A stretch of DNA of 64,000 nucleotides from TPA_inf: Saccharomyces (taxonomy: Eukaryota), in the NCBI GenBank assembly GCA_000146045.2, contig BK006948.2, positions 160,001 to 224,000 on the forward strand. Direction: 5' to 3'. Position numbers and translations under genes: made by a program. This document shows, in pieces, positions 32,601 to 42,518 of this stretch. The stretch's first letter is position 1; each line of letters opens with the position of its first letter. The notes below the pieces were generated by a model. That model did not search any database. It worked only from the letters and a program-made list of their open reading frames with translations, and was not told the DNA's origin.

Positions 32601-33542
32601 ACTTTGCGTGGCAGCTTCTTCTTTATCAGATCTAGAGTCTACGCTTGATAAATCAATGAAATAATCTGCTGGATTTACCAGCTGGGGTACGTGATAACCA
32701 ATAGACTCAAAATAAGGGATAGTATTATCCATTTTGTCACAATATACCACATTTCCCTTTGACAAAATACAAACCTGGTCCAATAAAAACAATATATCCG
32801 ATCTCGGCTGATGAATTGACATGATAAAAGTCCTGCCATCTTCTTTAGCTAATTTTTTCAAAGTTTTAATAACCAAGAAGGCAGAATATGCATCCAGTCC
32901 AGTGGTAGGCTCATCTAAGAACATGATGGAAGGGTTTGAAATCATTTGAGTACCAATACTTAGTCTTCTCTTTTCACCACCAGAAAGACCCCTGTGCGAG
33001 TTGTCCCCCACAAGAGTATCGGCACAATCCTTGAGCCCTAATTCTTCAATTAATTGCTCGACCATTAATTTCTTGGTTCGCTCAGAAGAGTTTAGTTTCA
33101 AATCAGCTGCAAACTTAAGAGTTTCTCTACAAGTCAACCTAGGAGAGAGTACATCTTGTTGAGGTAGGTACGCCATTATTACGTGTTTCTGGATGGGATG
33201 GTCTTGGCCATCCAAGTGAGCCCTCTTAGGCTCTGTTTCATTGGGTTCTGAACCTGTATCTTCCAATACGTACCGTATAGAACCATTATGAGTTAACCCA
33301 CCACTGATCTTGGATGCCAGAACATTCAGCAACGTAGTCTTCCCTGACCCCGAACCACCCATAACTGCCATGACCGACCCACTGGGCAGGTCCATGGAAA
33401 ACGTATTAACTAGCGTCGTATTTGTTTTGGATGCAACGATTGACAAATCCCTTACATGAAGGCTTATTCTAGGGATTCTTGAGAAGGAAAGTCTATTTTC
33501 GATTAATTCAGTGGCCACATCACCATTCTCCTGCTGTGACAT
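29658..33542 (-). CDS. YOL075C, uncharacterised full-size ABC transporter with (NBD-TMD)x2 topology, 1294 aa
   Basis: Two complete nucleotide-binding domains are present. Walker A motifs: GGSGSGKTT and GPSGSGKSS. Signature motifs: LSGGEKRR in the first NBD, ISGGEKRR in the second. Walker B motifs: IMFLDEPTTGLD and ILLLDEPTSGLD. H-loops: SIHQPRS and TIHQPRS. A hydrophobic multi-TM block follows each NBD. Confidence 0.9.
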   Translation of the reverse strand: MSQQENGDVATELIENRLSFSRIPRISLHVRDLSIVASKTNTTLVNTFSMDLPSGSVMAVMGGSGSGKTTLLNVLASKISGGLTHNGSIRYVLEDTGSEPNETEPKRAHLDGQDHPIQKHVIMAYLPQQDVLSPRLTCRETLKFAADLKLNSSERTKKLMVEQLIEELGLKDCADTLVGDNSHRGLSGGEKRRLSIGTQMISNPSIMFLDEPTTGLDAYSAFLVIKTLKKLAKEDGRTFIMSIHQPRSDILFLLDQVCILSKGNVVYCDKMDNTIPYFESIGYHVPQLVNPADYFIDLSSVDSRSDKEEAATQSRLNSLIDHWHDYERTHLQLQAESYISNATEIQIQNMTTRLPFWKQVTVLTRRNFKLNFSDYVTLISTFAEPLIIGTVCGWIYYKPDKSSIGGLRTTTACLYASTILQCYLYLLFDTYRLCEQDIALYDRERAEGSVTPLAFIVARKISLFLSDDFAMTMIFVSITYFMFGLEADARKFFYQFAVVFLCQLSCSGLSMLSVAVSRDFSKASLVGNMTFTVLSMGCGFFVNAKVMPVYVRWIKYIAFTWYSFGTLMSSTFTNSYCTTDNLDECLGNQILEVYGFPRNWITVPAVVLLCWSVGYFVVGAIILYLHKIDITLQNEVKSKQKKIKKKSPTGMKPEIQLLDDVYHQKDLEAEKGKNIHITIKLEDIDLRVIFSAPFSNWKEGNFHHETKEILQSVNAIFKPGMINAIMGPSGSGKSSLLNLISGRLKSSVFAKFDTSGSIMFNDIQVSELMFKNVCSYVSQDDDHLLAALTVKETLKYAAALRLHHLTEAERMERTDNLIRSLGLKHCENNIIGNEFVKGISGGEKRRVTMGVQLLNDPPILLLDEPTSGLDSFTSATILEILEKLCREQGKTIIITIHQPRSELFKRFGNVLLLAKSGRTAFNGSPDEMIAYFTELGYNCPSFTNVADFFLDLISVNTQNEQNEISSRARVEKILSAWKANMDNESLSPTPISEKQQYSQESFFTEYSEFVRKPANLVLAYIVNVKRQFTTTRRSFDSLMARIAQIPGLGVIFALFFAPVKHNYTSISNRLGLAQESTALYFVGMLGNLACYPTERDYFYEEYNDNVYGIAPFFLAYMTLELPLSALASVLYAVFTVLACGLPRTAGNFFATVYCSFIVTCCGEALGIMTNTFFERPGFVVNCISIILSIGTQMSGLMSLGMSRVLKGFNYLNPVGYTSMIIINFAFPGNLKLTCEDGGKNSDGTCEFANGHDVLVSYGLVRNTQKYLGIIVCVAIIYRLIAFFILKAKLEWIKW

Positions 33543-33831
33543 AGTGGCTGCAAGTGGATGTTTGGCGTTGGTGATTGTAGCTTAAAATACGATGATCGTT
33601 TGAAAACTGCCAAGCACTTGTGCCTACTTCTGCATTTACATCACAAATTCGTTTATCTCATCACTAGATCCTTCCTTTTTTTTTTTTCACTTTCTGATAT
33701 TTCGTATAAGTGTCAACCCAACAATACTAAAGCCAGACATATGATAGAAGTAACTGCCTCACATGGCTGTAAACGATGTTGCTAAACCGTTGCTATGTTT
33801 ATTTGTTTATGTAGGTATATGCTGATATAAA

Positions 33832-34800
33832 TCATCTCCTAAAGGTATCCAAAAATTGGACTCCCAGTGGTCTTGCAGGTTCATCGGCACCAGGCTCGTC
33901 ATCACCAGCGCTAGAGGTATTTGTAGGGGTGGTGCTTGAACCACGAAGCGGTAGGCTTGTAGGCCCAGAGTTGCCTGTATTTCCATTTCCTGTAGCAGCA
34001 GTAGCTGCTTCTACAGTGGCTCTTGCTGCTGCTGTATTCGTGGCCGCATTGGCCGCTATAGCAACGTTAGCCCTCGTGGGTGGGCCTTGAGAGATGAAAT
34101 AGGATACAAACGGTATTCTCCAATGGTCTAATCCCGGTAACAGGCCCTTATCGATGAAAATACCACACATCCAGCTTATGAATCCGCATAGTATTCCTGC
34201 AAACCCCTGATTTAATATAAGCAGGAGAATTAACCCATTTAAAAGAAACTGATCGTTGATTTTCCACTCTACGGCGCTCTTGTCTTCTCGCTTGTTATCA
34301 TTGTGACTTGATGCTCCTCCTCGAGGTCCTAGTAATCTTATATTCCATTCGTAAATCTGAGGGGTGTATTCTTTGTAAAAATGTACTAAGCTTAAAACAA
34401 TGGGCAGTGAACCTGTACTAAAATTGTTCCATTGAAGCCACTTGTACTGTCCAATAAATGCGTTCCAGATCAGATTCAATCCCCAAATTCCTAAGGTGGT
34501 GTAGGCCCATGACAAAACAATCAAGGTCAAGTACTTGTGGGATCCTAGTAGCCGTTCTAAATGCCTAAACAGATACCATATCAACGCCAGTATTACTGTA
34601 TCGGATTCATTGATGGCGCAGAACTGGAATATGAGCAGACGGTAGTATTGATGGTAGGTCTGCAGAAAAGGATCATATTGCAATAGAAATATATGTTTGT
34701 AACTTGCAATCGAGGCAACTAAGGGAACCACAAGCGTCGTGATCATGGCTAGCTTGGTGACGGGCATAGCCGTAAGCCCCACAGGAGGCTCCATAGACAT
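33832..34800 (-). CDS. DSC2: DSC2, multi-pass membrane subunit of the Golgi Dsc E3 ubiquitin-ligase complex, 322 aa
   Basis: 322 aa ATG ORF with several TM helices and an Ala/Thr-rich C-terminal tail. Its position matches YOL073C. Confidence 0.8.
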
Positions 34801-34969
34801 TATTTGTAGACTATTGTGTTTGCTTTTTATGTCGTTGACTTTCTCTCCCTTTAATAGTTAAGTTTATACGTCAAATTTCTCTTCTATACTTTTCCAAAAA
34901 AAAAAAACCATCTTCACATCAATGGCATTCAAAGTAAGAAACAGGGCAGGGATAAAAGGATAGATAGCA

Positions 34970-36337
34970 ATGGACATGGCCAACCAGTTGCTAGATGAAT
35001 TAGCACATGGAAATTTTTCCCACCTAACGCTAAACTTGTCCCAAAATGGTAGGGAAATTGCTATCTTACAGAAGCAATTGACCGGATTTGATGATAAACA
35101 GCTAGAAACGTTTGTAGAACAACACCCGGCTATGCCCAATGATACGAGATTCAAAATCATGTGTACATCCTTTTTAAATTATGCCCGAGATGTCGACCCA
35201 TGGTCAGCCTGGTCCAGTTCGGATCTAATTTTTGAGTTTTATCAATGTTTAATCAACTGTCTCATCAACGACAATGCTCCTCACATAGAAATGTTGATAC
35301 CAGTAGCAACTAGAGAAACAGAATTTATCATCAATCTCGCTGGGAAACTAGACTCTTTCCACTTGCAACTGCATACGAGAAGTCACCAATTTCTATCACA
35401 TATATCGTCCATCCTATCAAGACTATTTAACAGCATCAAACCTCCACGAGGTAACGCATCTTCTACAAATATACCTGGAAAACAACGAATACTGCTCTAC
35501 CTGGTCAATAAACTAAATAACATCTACTTCAGGATCGAGTCACCGCAATTATGTTCCAATATCTTTAAGAACTTTCAGCCAAAAAGCATGCTTGCACATT
35601 TCAACGAATACCAGCTCGACCAGCAAATAGAATACAGATATCTATTAGGAAGGTACTACTTGTTGAACTCTCAAGTACATAATGCCTTCGTTCAATTCAA
35701 TGAAGCTTTCCAGTCCTTATTGAACTTGCCGTTAACGAACCAAGCGATCACTAGGAATGGCACCAGAATACTAAATTACATGATCCCTACAGGGCTGATA
35801 CTGGGAAAGATGGTCAAATGGGGACCGTTGCGACCGTTCCTTTCCCAAGAAACAATTGATAATTGGAGTGTTCTCTACAAACACGTACGTTATGGGAATA
35901 TTCAAGGCGTGAGTCTCTGGCTGAGACAAAACGAGCGTCATTTGTGTGCAAGACAGTTACTGATCGTGCTCCTAGAGAAACTGCCCATGGTAACGTACAG
36001 AAATCTGATTAAAACGGTAATAAAGTCCTGGACCACCGAATGGGGTCAGAACAAATTACCGTACTCCTTGATAGAACGGGTACTACAGCTATCTATTGGT
36101 CCGACATTCGAGGATCCCGGCGCCCAGGAAATTACCATTTATAATGGCATTCACTCCCCCAAGAACGTCGAAAACGTACTTGTGACACTGATTAACTTGG
36201 GACTTTTACGCGCAAACTGTTTCCCACAGTTACAACTGTGTGTAGTGAAAAAGACTACAATGATACAAGAGATTGTTCCGCCGGTTAATGAACGAATCAC
36301 CAAGATGTTTCCTGCCCATTCTCACGTTCTTTGGTGA
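34970..36337 (+). CDS. THP1: THP1, PCI-domain component of the TREX-2 mRNA export complex, 455 aa
   Basis: 455 aa ATG ORF (MDMANQLLDELAHG...). Length and position between DSC2 and SDH5 match YOL072W. Confidence 0.85.
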   Translation: MDMANQLLDELAHGNFSHLTLNLSQNGREIAILQKQLTGFDDKQLETFVEQHPAMPNDTRFKIMCTSFLNYARDVDPWSAWSSSDLIFEFYQCLINCLINDNAPHIEMLIPVATRETEFIINLAGKLDSFHLQLHTRSHQFLSHISSILSRLFNSIKPPRGNASSTNIPGKQRILLYLVNKLNNIYFRIESPQLCSNIFKNFQPKSMLAHFNEYQLDQQIEYRYLLGRYYLLNSQVHNAFVQFNEAFQSLLNLPLTNQAITRNGTRILNYMIPTGLILGKMVKWGPLRPFLSQETIDNWSVLYKHVRYGNIQGVSLWLRQNERHLCARQLLIVLLEKLPMVTYRNLIKTVIKSWTTEWGQNKLPYSLIERVLQLSIGPTFEDPGAQEITIYNGIHSPKNVENVLVTLINLGLLRANCFPQLQLCVVKKTTMIQEIVPPVNERITKMFPAHSHVLW

Positions 36338-36506
36338 TATGTAGATATATATAGGAAATAGAAGAGAAGGAGCGACATTATGCTGTTTCTTACAGATTTC
36401 ATAAGAGACTAGATTTTAAGTATATTTAGGATATATAAGAAAGGCGAAATTTGTAAAAAAAGAACAGGAGGAAAAAAGGGAGTACACTTTAAAAAGGAGC
36501 ACATAA

Positions 36507-36995
36507 ATGCACAATATGTTTCCAGCACTCACAAAGACACTGTCGTTGCAAGGCTACAAGATTATCAACTCTCAAACAGGGTCCGCTGCATGGTCGTGCG
36601 GTCGTAGGTGGTTTAGTAGTGATAAAGATGACCACGACGATGTGGTGACGAGGATTAAAATTGCCCCCATAAAGAGAACTAACGAGCCATTGGATAAGAA
36701 AAGAGCTCGGTTGATATATCAATCACGCAAAAGAGGGATCTTGGAGACGGACTTGCTGCTATCTGGGTTCGCTGCCAAATATTTGAAGAAGATGAACGAA
36801 GAGGAACTGGAAGAATACGATTCGCTATTGAATGAGTTGGACTGGGACATATACTATTGGGCCACAAAAAATTTCAAAACCAGCCCCTTGCCTGACAAGT
36901 GGGCCAATTCTAAATTGCTGAAGCAGCTACAAGAATTCAGTGAAAATAAAGAGAAGGAAATTTTAAGTATGCCGGACTTGTCCAAGTATCAATGA
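36507..36995 (+). CDS. SDH5: SDH5 (EMI5), succinate dehydrogenase flavinylation factor SDHAF2, 162 aa
   Basis: 162 aa ORF. It has an Arg-rich N-terminal presequence and the conserved SDHAF2 core ([23 protein letters not shown]...). Confidence 0.88.
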
Positions 36996-37082
36996 ATACA
37001 AGCCATTGAATTACTATCACTTTTTTTTATTTGTATATGACTTGTAAATAAACCGGAAGAGAAAGAAACTTATATATTACCA

Positions 37083-37215
37083 CTATACTATACTATACTT
37101 ATTGCTATTATTATTATTCATTATTAGTATTATAATATATTATTGATATTGATATTGATATTGTTATTGTTATTGTTACTACCACTGTTACTATTACTAT
37201 TATTATTGTTGTTGC
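37083..37215. repeat. Compound microsatellite: (ACTAT)3, (ATT)n, (GATATT)3, (GTTATT)3, (ACTATT)2, (ATT)n and (GTT)n in the convergent SDH5/NBA1 3' intergenic region
   Basis: The repeats can be read directly: actatactatactat..., attattattattatt..., gatattgatattgatatt, gttattgttattgtt, ...attattattgttgttg. Confidence 0.85.
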
Positions 37216-37219
37216 ACCA

Positions 37220-38725
37220 TCAAAACCCTTCAAGAGCCTTTGTAGCTTTGTCTAATCTTTTCAGTCCTTCTTCATAGCGGTCCGGATCAAGAACCATGTC
37301 TGCTGTTAACCTGGACAAAGAGTCTACTAGTCTCTCCAGGGCACGTTTCTCCTCAATTTTCATCCCCAGTTGCGCAAATTCAGACCCGATTAAGGTTCCC
37401 TTTGTCACACTCAACAGTTGATTTAGTGTGTCGATATCAAAGGATCGCAATTCCTTCACAGATTTTTTTTTATTGAGCTTTTTTTTCGTATCCTTCTTGA
37501 GTTTAGTTTTCTTGGGCGTTTCCTCAATGATGTCCTCGTACATGTCATCATCTTGTTTGTTTGTCGAAGTAGAGGTATGATTTGCCCTATCATGAATAGC
37601 CTTCAATGTGTCGTCACGTTTCAAATTCGATGTAACTCTGCTATCCTCATTGGGTGTGCTGGGCAATGGTCTTGTCAAGTAAGTCTCTTCCTCTGGAGGC
37701 ATACTCGTTGCCGCAGAATAGTAAGATTCCGATTTTTGTTCACTAACTGTGGAAATCTGAGATGAGTTCTTATAGTGGCCACCAGGTTGGACCGGCGTTG
37801 GTAATATTTCTTCGGTTAAAAGATCCCCCTCGCCATCACCTTCTTCGATGAACAACCTTGACCTAGGACGGTCCTTACTTCTGGGCGGAATAGTTGGATT
37901 GTAGTCATTGGTTTCAGAACGTATTGGGTTTATCGCTTTGGGTGCTTCGTTGGTGGTTGTATACAACTCGGGTATGACACTGGAAACAATTGAAAGCTTA
38001 TCGCTAACATTTCCTTCCTCTTCTTCTTCGAGCTGCTCTTGAATAGATTGATGGAATTTGGTATTATAAGTGGAAGATCCGCTCTCGCTGGCCAAATTAC
38101 CTGATCCTATAGAGGAACGCATAACTTTTTCCTGACGTAGAGGACTAGATAACAGTTTCAGTGAGCCACGACCCTCTACTTTTTTTGAAGTGTTAGAGTT
38201 AAACCTTCCCACAGGTTTGGCATTAGTAACTGGTTTAATGACAATTTCGTCTGCATTGGTATTCGATTTTGTGCTTTGGTTATCACTTAGATGTTTTGTC
38301 AATGTCGCTTCTGAAGGCAACATGGGCAACGACGGTAACTCGTTCTTGCTCACGGGCTCTTTCAAGGAGTACAAACTATTGGAATCCTTACTTGTGCGCC
38401 GTTCTTGGGTCTGTTGCCGGTTTTTGACCACATATGATACTTCAACGCCTTCTTGAATAATTCCAGAGTAGTTGGAAATCATACTTGATCTGTTATCACC
38501 AGGTGGCAGCGAAACGTCACCAGCAGGTGATCTCAACAATCTCGATGGTGGTTTAAAGACATCACTTTGATCCGCCTTTTCCTCTGTGATCATTGTCCTG
38601 GTAGTTGTGGGAGATGGAAAGAGCCTGTCATCTTTCTCATTGTTCAGTGAATCGATCATTGCTGAAAGTCGCTGCGTATTCAGCGTAGCCCTAGATATCC
38701 CGTTTTCTTCCCTCTCTTCTGACAT
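37220..38725 (-). CDS. NBA1: NBA1, Nap1- and bud-neck-associated protein, 501 aa, largely disordered
   Basis: 501 aa ATG ORF, Ser/Thr/Pro/Glu-rich low complexity. Length and position match YOL070C. Confidence 0.8.
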   Translation of the reverse strand: MSEEREENGISRATLNTQRLSAMIDSLNNEKDDRLFPSPTTTRTMITEEKADQSDVFKPPSRLLRSPAGDVSLPPGDNRSSMISNYSGIIQEGVEVSYVVKNRQQTQERRTSKDSNSLYSLKEPVSKNELPSLPMLPSEATLTKHLSDNQSTKSNTNADEIVIKPVTNAKPVGRFNSNTSKKVEGRGSLKLLSSPLRQEKVMRSSIGSGNLASESGSSTYNTKFHQSIQEQLEEEEEGNVSDKLSIVSSVIPELYTTTNEAPKAINPIRSETNDYNPTIPPRSKDRPRSRLFIEEGDGEGDLLTEEILPTPVQPGGHYKNSSQISTVSEQKSESYYSAATSMPPEEETYLTRPLPSTPNEDSRVTSNLKRDDTLKAIHDRANHTSTSTNKQDDDMYEDIIEETPKKTKLKKDTKKKLNKKKSVKELRSFDIDTLNQLLSVTKGTLIGSEFAQLGMKIEEKRALERLVDSLSRLTADMVLDPDRYEEGLKRLDKATKALEGF

Positions 38726-38941
38726 ACTTATACACCTATCTGGTTTTGATAATGGTCTTCTTGTTAGTCGAATATATCAGCGTTCTTTCTCTTCTTGATG
38801 GTGCCAGCCATTTGATCAAAAGATCGCTTTTCCGAATCGGGACATGTAACAAACAATAACAATTAAAATAAACAATATTATGAAAAAATACTGGTAAAAA
38901 GCATGTACTGAGGAGAAAGGCTCCAGCATCCCTTGAGCAAA

Positions 38942-40297
38942 ATGAGTAGGAATCAAGATGTGTTCCCCATTTTGGATCTACAGGAACTAGTTATATGTTT
39001 GCAAAGCTGTGATTTTGCGCTAGCCACACAGGAAAATATCTCTAGGCCCACCTCAGACTACATGGTAACCCTTTACAAACAAATCATCGAGAACTTCATG
39101 GGTATTTCTGTAGAGTCGTTGCTGAATAGTAGTAACCAAGAAACAGGGGATGGTCACTTACAGGAAGAGAACGAGAACATTTATTTGGACACGTTAAATG
39201 TTTTGGTATTGAACAAAATCTGCTTTAAGTTCTTTGAGAACATAGGTGTTCAAGATTTCAATATGACAGATTTGTACAAGCCCGAAGCCCAACGGACACA
39301 GCGCTTACTGAGTGCTGTGGTGAATTACGCTCGTTTTAGGGAGGAACGAATGTTCGACTGTAATTCTTTTATTCTTCAAATGGAATCGTTGCTGGGTCAG
39401 CTTCGCTCCAAATTCGATGATTATAACTTGATTCAGCAACAGCTAAAGCAATACGAGGACGTAGATGGGGATAATATACCTGATGAGCAAGAGCTCCAAA
39501 AGCTGGAAGAGCAAAATAAGGAGCTGGAAATTCAGTTGAAGAAATTGACCAAGATCCAAGAAACGTTATCCATAGATTATAATGACTATAAGATCTCCAA
39601 GCAGTCAATCTTTAAAGATCTGGAAGCTCTGAGTTTCCAAATAGTGGAATTAGAGTCCAATCGAGATAAACTGATCAAAATATCCAATACAGACATGGAA
39701 GAGTTATCCGAGGGAATCAAAGAGCTAAATGATCTGTTGATACAAAGGAAAAAGACGTTAGACGACTTAACCGCACAACAGAAAAACTTGCAAGATACAG
39801 TGACGACGTTCGAAACCATAATTAGTGAGCTCTATGATGTGCTGAGAATAATTTCCAGCGAGGTGCAAGAGTCTAATCGAACTGAAACGGAACTTGTGGG
39901 ATTAAAGCAAAATTTAATCAACAATAAGCTGAAATTGATGAATGTATTGGAAACAGGTATTATGTATAAATTAGAAATCTTACAAGAACAGTTAGATTTG
40001 CAACTCAAGAATTTGGAAAAGCTATCGCAAGATACTAAAGAAGAGTCGCGCCTAAATGATACTAAATTGATGGATCTACAAATCAAATATGAAAATGAAA
40101 TCAAACCTAAGATTGACAAAACGGACATTTTCATTCAAGAGGAACTGATCAGTGGTAAAATCAATAAATTAAATGATGAAATTAAACAATTACAAAAAGA
40201 TTTCGAAGTTGAAGTTAAAGAAATTGAGATTGAATATTCTTTATTATCTGGTCATATTAATAAATACATGAATGAAATGCTCGAATATATGCAATAG
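38942..40297 (+). CDS. NUF2: NUF2, kinetochore Ndc80-complex subunit, 451 aa
   Basis: The track ORF starts at TTG 38933. The first ATG, at 38942, gives MSRNQDVFPILDLQELV... and 451 aa. A calponin-homology-like N-terminal domain is followed by a long coiled coil. Confidence 0.9.
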   Translation: MSRNQDVFPILDLQELVICLQSCDFALATQENISRPTSDYMVTLYKQIIENFMGISVESLLNSSNQETGDGHLQEENENIYLDTLNVLVLNKICFKFFENIGVQDFNMTDLYKPEAQRTQRLLSAVVNYARFREERMFDCNSFILQMESLLGQLRSKFDDYNLIQQQLKQYEDVDGDNIPDEQELQKLEEQNKELEIQLKKLTKIQETLSIDYNDYKISKQSIFKDLEALSFQIVELESNRDKLIKISNTDMEELSEGIKELNDLLIQRKKTLDDLTAQQKNLQDTVTTFETIISELYDVLRIISSEVQESNRTETELVGLKQNLINNKLKLMNVLETGIMYKLEILQEQLDLQLKNLEKLSQDTKEESRLNDTKLMDLQIKYENEIKPKIDKTDIFIQEELISGKINKLNDEIKQLQKDFEVEVKEIEIEYSLLSGHINKYMNEMLEYMQ

Positions 40298-40331
40298 CAG
40301 CGGTATACTTATTTTTACTCCCCCTTCTGTG

Positions 40332-40339
<8 letters not shown>

Positions 40340-40362
<23 letters not shown>
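40340..40362 (+). repeat. T23 homopolymer in the 70 bp convergent NUF2/HST1 3' intergenic gap
   Basis: Uninterrupted run of 23 T, read directly from the sequence. Confidence 0.9.
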
Positions 40363-40367
40363 GGAAT

Positions 40368-41879
40368 TTACTGTTGTTTCTTTCGTGGCTGTTTCTTAAT
40401 CTTATACGTACCTTTATCTATTTCCGTACAGTTGTAATCTATCTTCTTTAGATCTTGCCATTTTTTATGCGGTATATCCCAATGGCATTTTTTAGCTACG
40501 AGACTGGCCACGTCATCACAGAATCCCAACAGGTTTAAGTCAAACTCTGCATGTGTAACCATATCCCTATTGATCAAAATCTGCGGAACATGTGAAGGTA
40601 CCATATTGACAATTTCAGACACAGGAGCCACTTTCAAACTTGTTCCTATACAAATCAATAGATCGCATTCCAGTATATCTTTGCGGATGGTCTTATGAAA
40701 TCGCGATGGCAGGGCCTCGCCAAAAAATGTCATGTCTGGTTTCAAAACACCATACGACTTTAAAATGGGTGAGTTGAAATTTATGTTTGTTTGCACCGTA
40801 TTATTGCCATTACTCATAGGAAAATATTGTTTTCTTTTTTGATAACAGTAGGGACATAATGGTAGTTCAAGGTTTCTAATATTTTCGAATATTTTCTCAC
40901 CAGGTATTTGCCAATGGCAAGTCACACAAGATGCAGTGGCGAATGAACCGTGACATTGCACTAATTTATCAGGATCTATCCCTGCATACGATTCTAAGTT
41001 ATCTATATTCTGTGTGTAGTTTCTTAATAGTTTGCCCTTGTCTTGTAGCATTTTAATGAAGCTGTGCAACGGAGAATACATGTTCTCTGGTGGTAAAACC
41101 ATATGGGCAATATTGTAAAAAACAGAAGGGTCCTGTAAGAATATATCCAAGTTGAAAACATCCTGAGGGTCTTCCAATCCAAGGTGTCGGATCTTAGAAT
41201 AAAACCCCTCAGATGATCTAAAATCGGGAATACCTAAAGAAGTGGAAACTCCAGCGCCCGTCAGAACCAAAATTTTTTTGGCGTTACGCAAAGTGGCGGT
41301 GAAATGATCAATCGTATTGAAGTTGGGTAATCGAAGCCTTGTACTAAGGACTTTATTTATGGCTTTTTGTAAATCTTTGATTAATTTTACTGCATGCTTT
41401 TTCTCTAAGGGATCGGTCAACTCGTCCTCATCTTCAGCTTTTGCATGTATAGACGATAGTTCCGCACTAGAACGTTCTTTATTAGAAGTGATATTAGAGT
41501 TTAACGCCATAAATAGTTCTTTATCTTTGACGTCGAATCCCAGCAATTTTATCATGAAATAAATGTAGATCGAGTTGACTTCCACTGGCAAAAAATATTC
41601 TAAAAAAGTTTTCAAATCGTTGTCCTTCAAAAACAGTCTTGCATTCATAACATCATCTTTAGTGATTGCAGGAAAGATGAATTTGCCCGTCACCTTATCC
41701 TTCCCGAGGATACAAGGGTACGTTAATCTCGTTTTCAGCTTCTTCGTAGCATTATTATCTGACTCTTCTTCTTGAGGTCTTTTCAACATTGTCATGGTCA
41801 GCTCTCCAACATGAAAGTATCGCCCTTGACTAACCACCAAAATAAAACTAACTATCCGTTGCATTAGCAATATGTTCAT
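40368..41879 (-). CDS. HST1: HST1, NAD-dependent sirtuin deacetylase, 503 aa
   Basis: 503 aa ORF. The sirtuin core is present: GAGVSTSLGIPDFRS (NAD-binding), HGSFATASCVTCHW...CPYC (Zn-ribbon with catalytic His) and LLICIGTSLKV. Confidence 0.93.
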   Translation of the reverse strand: MNILLMQRIVSFILVVSQGRYFHVGELTMTMLKRPQEEESDNNATKKLKTRLTYPCILGKDKVTGKFIFPAITKDDVMNARLFLKDNDLKTFLEYFLPVEVNSIYIYFMIKLLGFDVKDKELFMALNSNITSNKERSSAELSSIHAKAEDEDELTDPLEKKHAVKLIKDLQKAINKVLSTRLRLPNFNTIDHFTATLRNAKKILVLTGAGVSTSLGIPDFRSSEGFYSKIRHLGLEDPQDVFNLDIFLQDPSVFYNIAHMVLPPENMYSPLHSFIKMLQDKGKLLRNYTQNIDNLESYAGIDPDKLVQCHGSFATASCVTCHWQIPGEKIFENIRNLELPLCPYCYQKRKQYFPMSNGNNTVQTNINFNSPILKSYGVLKPDMTFFGEALPSRFHKTIRKDILECDLLICIGTSLKVAPVSEIVNMVPSHVPQILINRDMVTHAEFDLNLLGFCDDVASLVAKKCHWDIPHKKWQDLKKIDYNCTEIDKGTYKIKKQPRKKQQ

Positions 41880-41984
41880 TTAGATTTTTTTTTCTCACAA
41901 AAACAACAAAAAAGAAGAGAAGTGTTCGTATCACTACCAACGAGGGTTATCACAACATAGCAATAGTGAGAGTCAGAAGTACTT

Positions 41985-42518
41985 TTAGCTACCATTACCG
42001 TACTCACCATACCCTCCGTACTCGAAGGAGCTCAACCTCTTTGCTGGCGGTCTTACTGAGTCATCATTTGTTGCGGCCAGCGGTCCCACGCCAATCCTGG
42101 ACAGGGCGACTTCAGCGCTGGTGTTCTCTAAGTTTATATCGTTGACAATGGTGCCTGTCTGCTTGGCCAACTGAGTGGCCTTCACCATCAGTTCCACCTC
42201 CTCTCTGTTCTGTGTGTCCACTTGATTTTGTAGATGTGATATGTACTCTACCGCCTGTGTGAGAATTTGGCCCTTGTTGGGCTTTCCGTCCTTGGTCCCT
42301 GTACCTTTGGCCTTGCTGGACAACCCAAGCGCACCGGGAGTGGATTCACTTAACGTGTCATTGCTACCAGAATTGCCGTAATAATCTCTAAAGAAGTCTT
42401 TGGGAATGATACTCAATAGTTCTTGAATACGGTCGTTGATCTTATCTCTGCGCTTGCGGTCATTCTTGAAATTAGCACCGCAGGACCCAGGATCAGTGCC
42501 AGCTGGAATGCTGCTCAT
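41985..42518 (-). CDS. RTG1: RTG1, bHLH-leucine-zipper transcription factor of the retrograde response, 177 aa
   Basis: 177 aa ORF. The basic-HLH region is KRRDKINDRIQELLSIIPK. Confidence 0.9.
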   Translation of the reverse strand: MSSIPAGTDPGSCGANFKNDRKRRDKINDRIQELLSIIPKDFFRDYYGNSGSNDTLSESTPGALGLSSKAKGTGTKDGKPNKGQILTQAVEYISHLQNQVDTQNREEVELMVKATQLAKQTGTIVNDINLENTSAEVALSRIGVGPLAATNDDSVRPPAKRLSSFEYGGYGEYGNGS

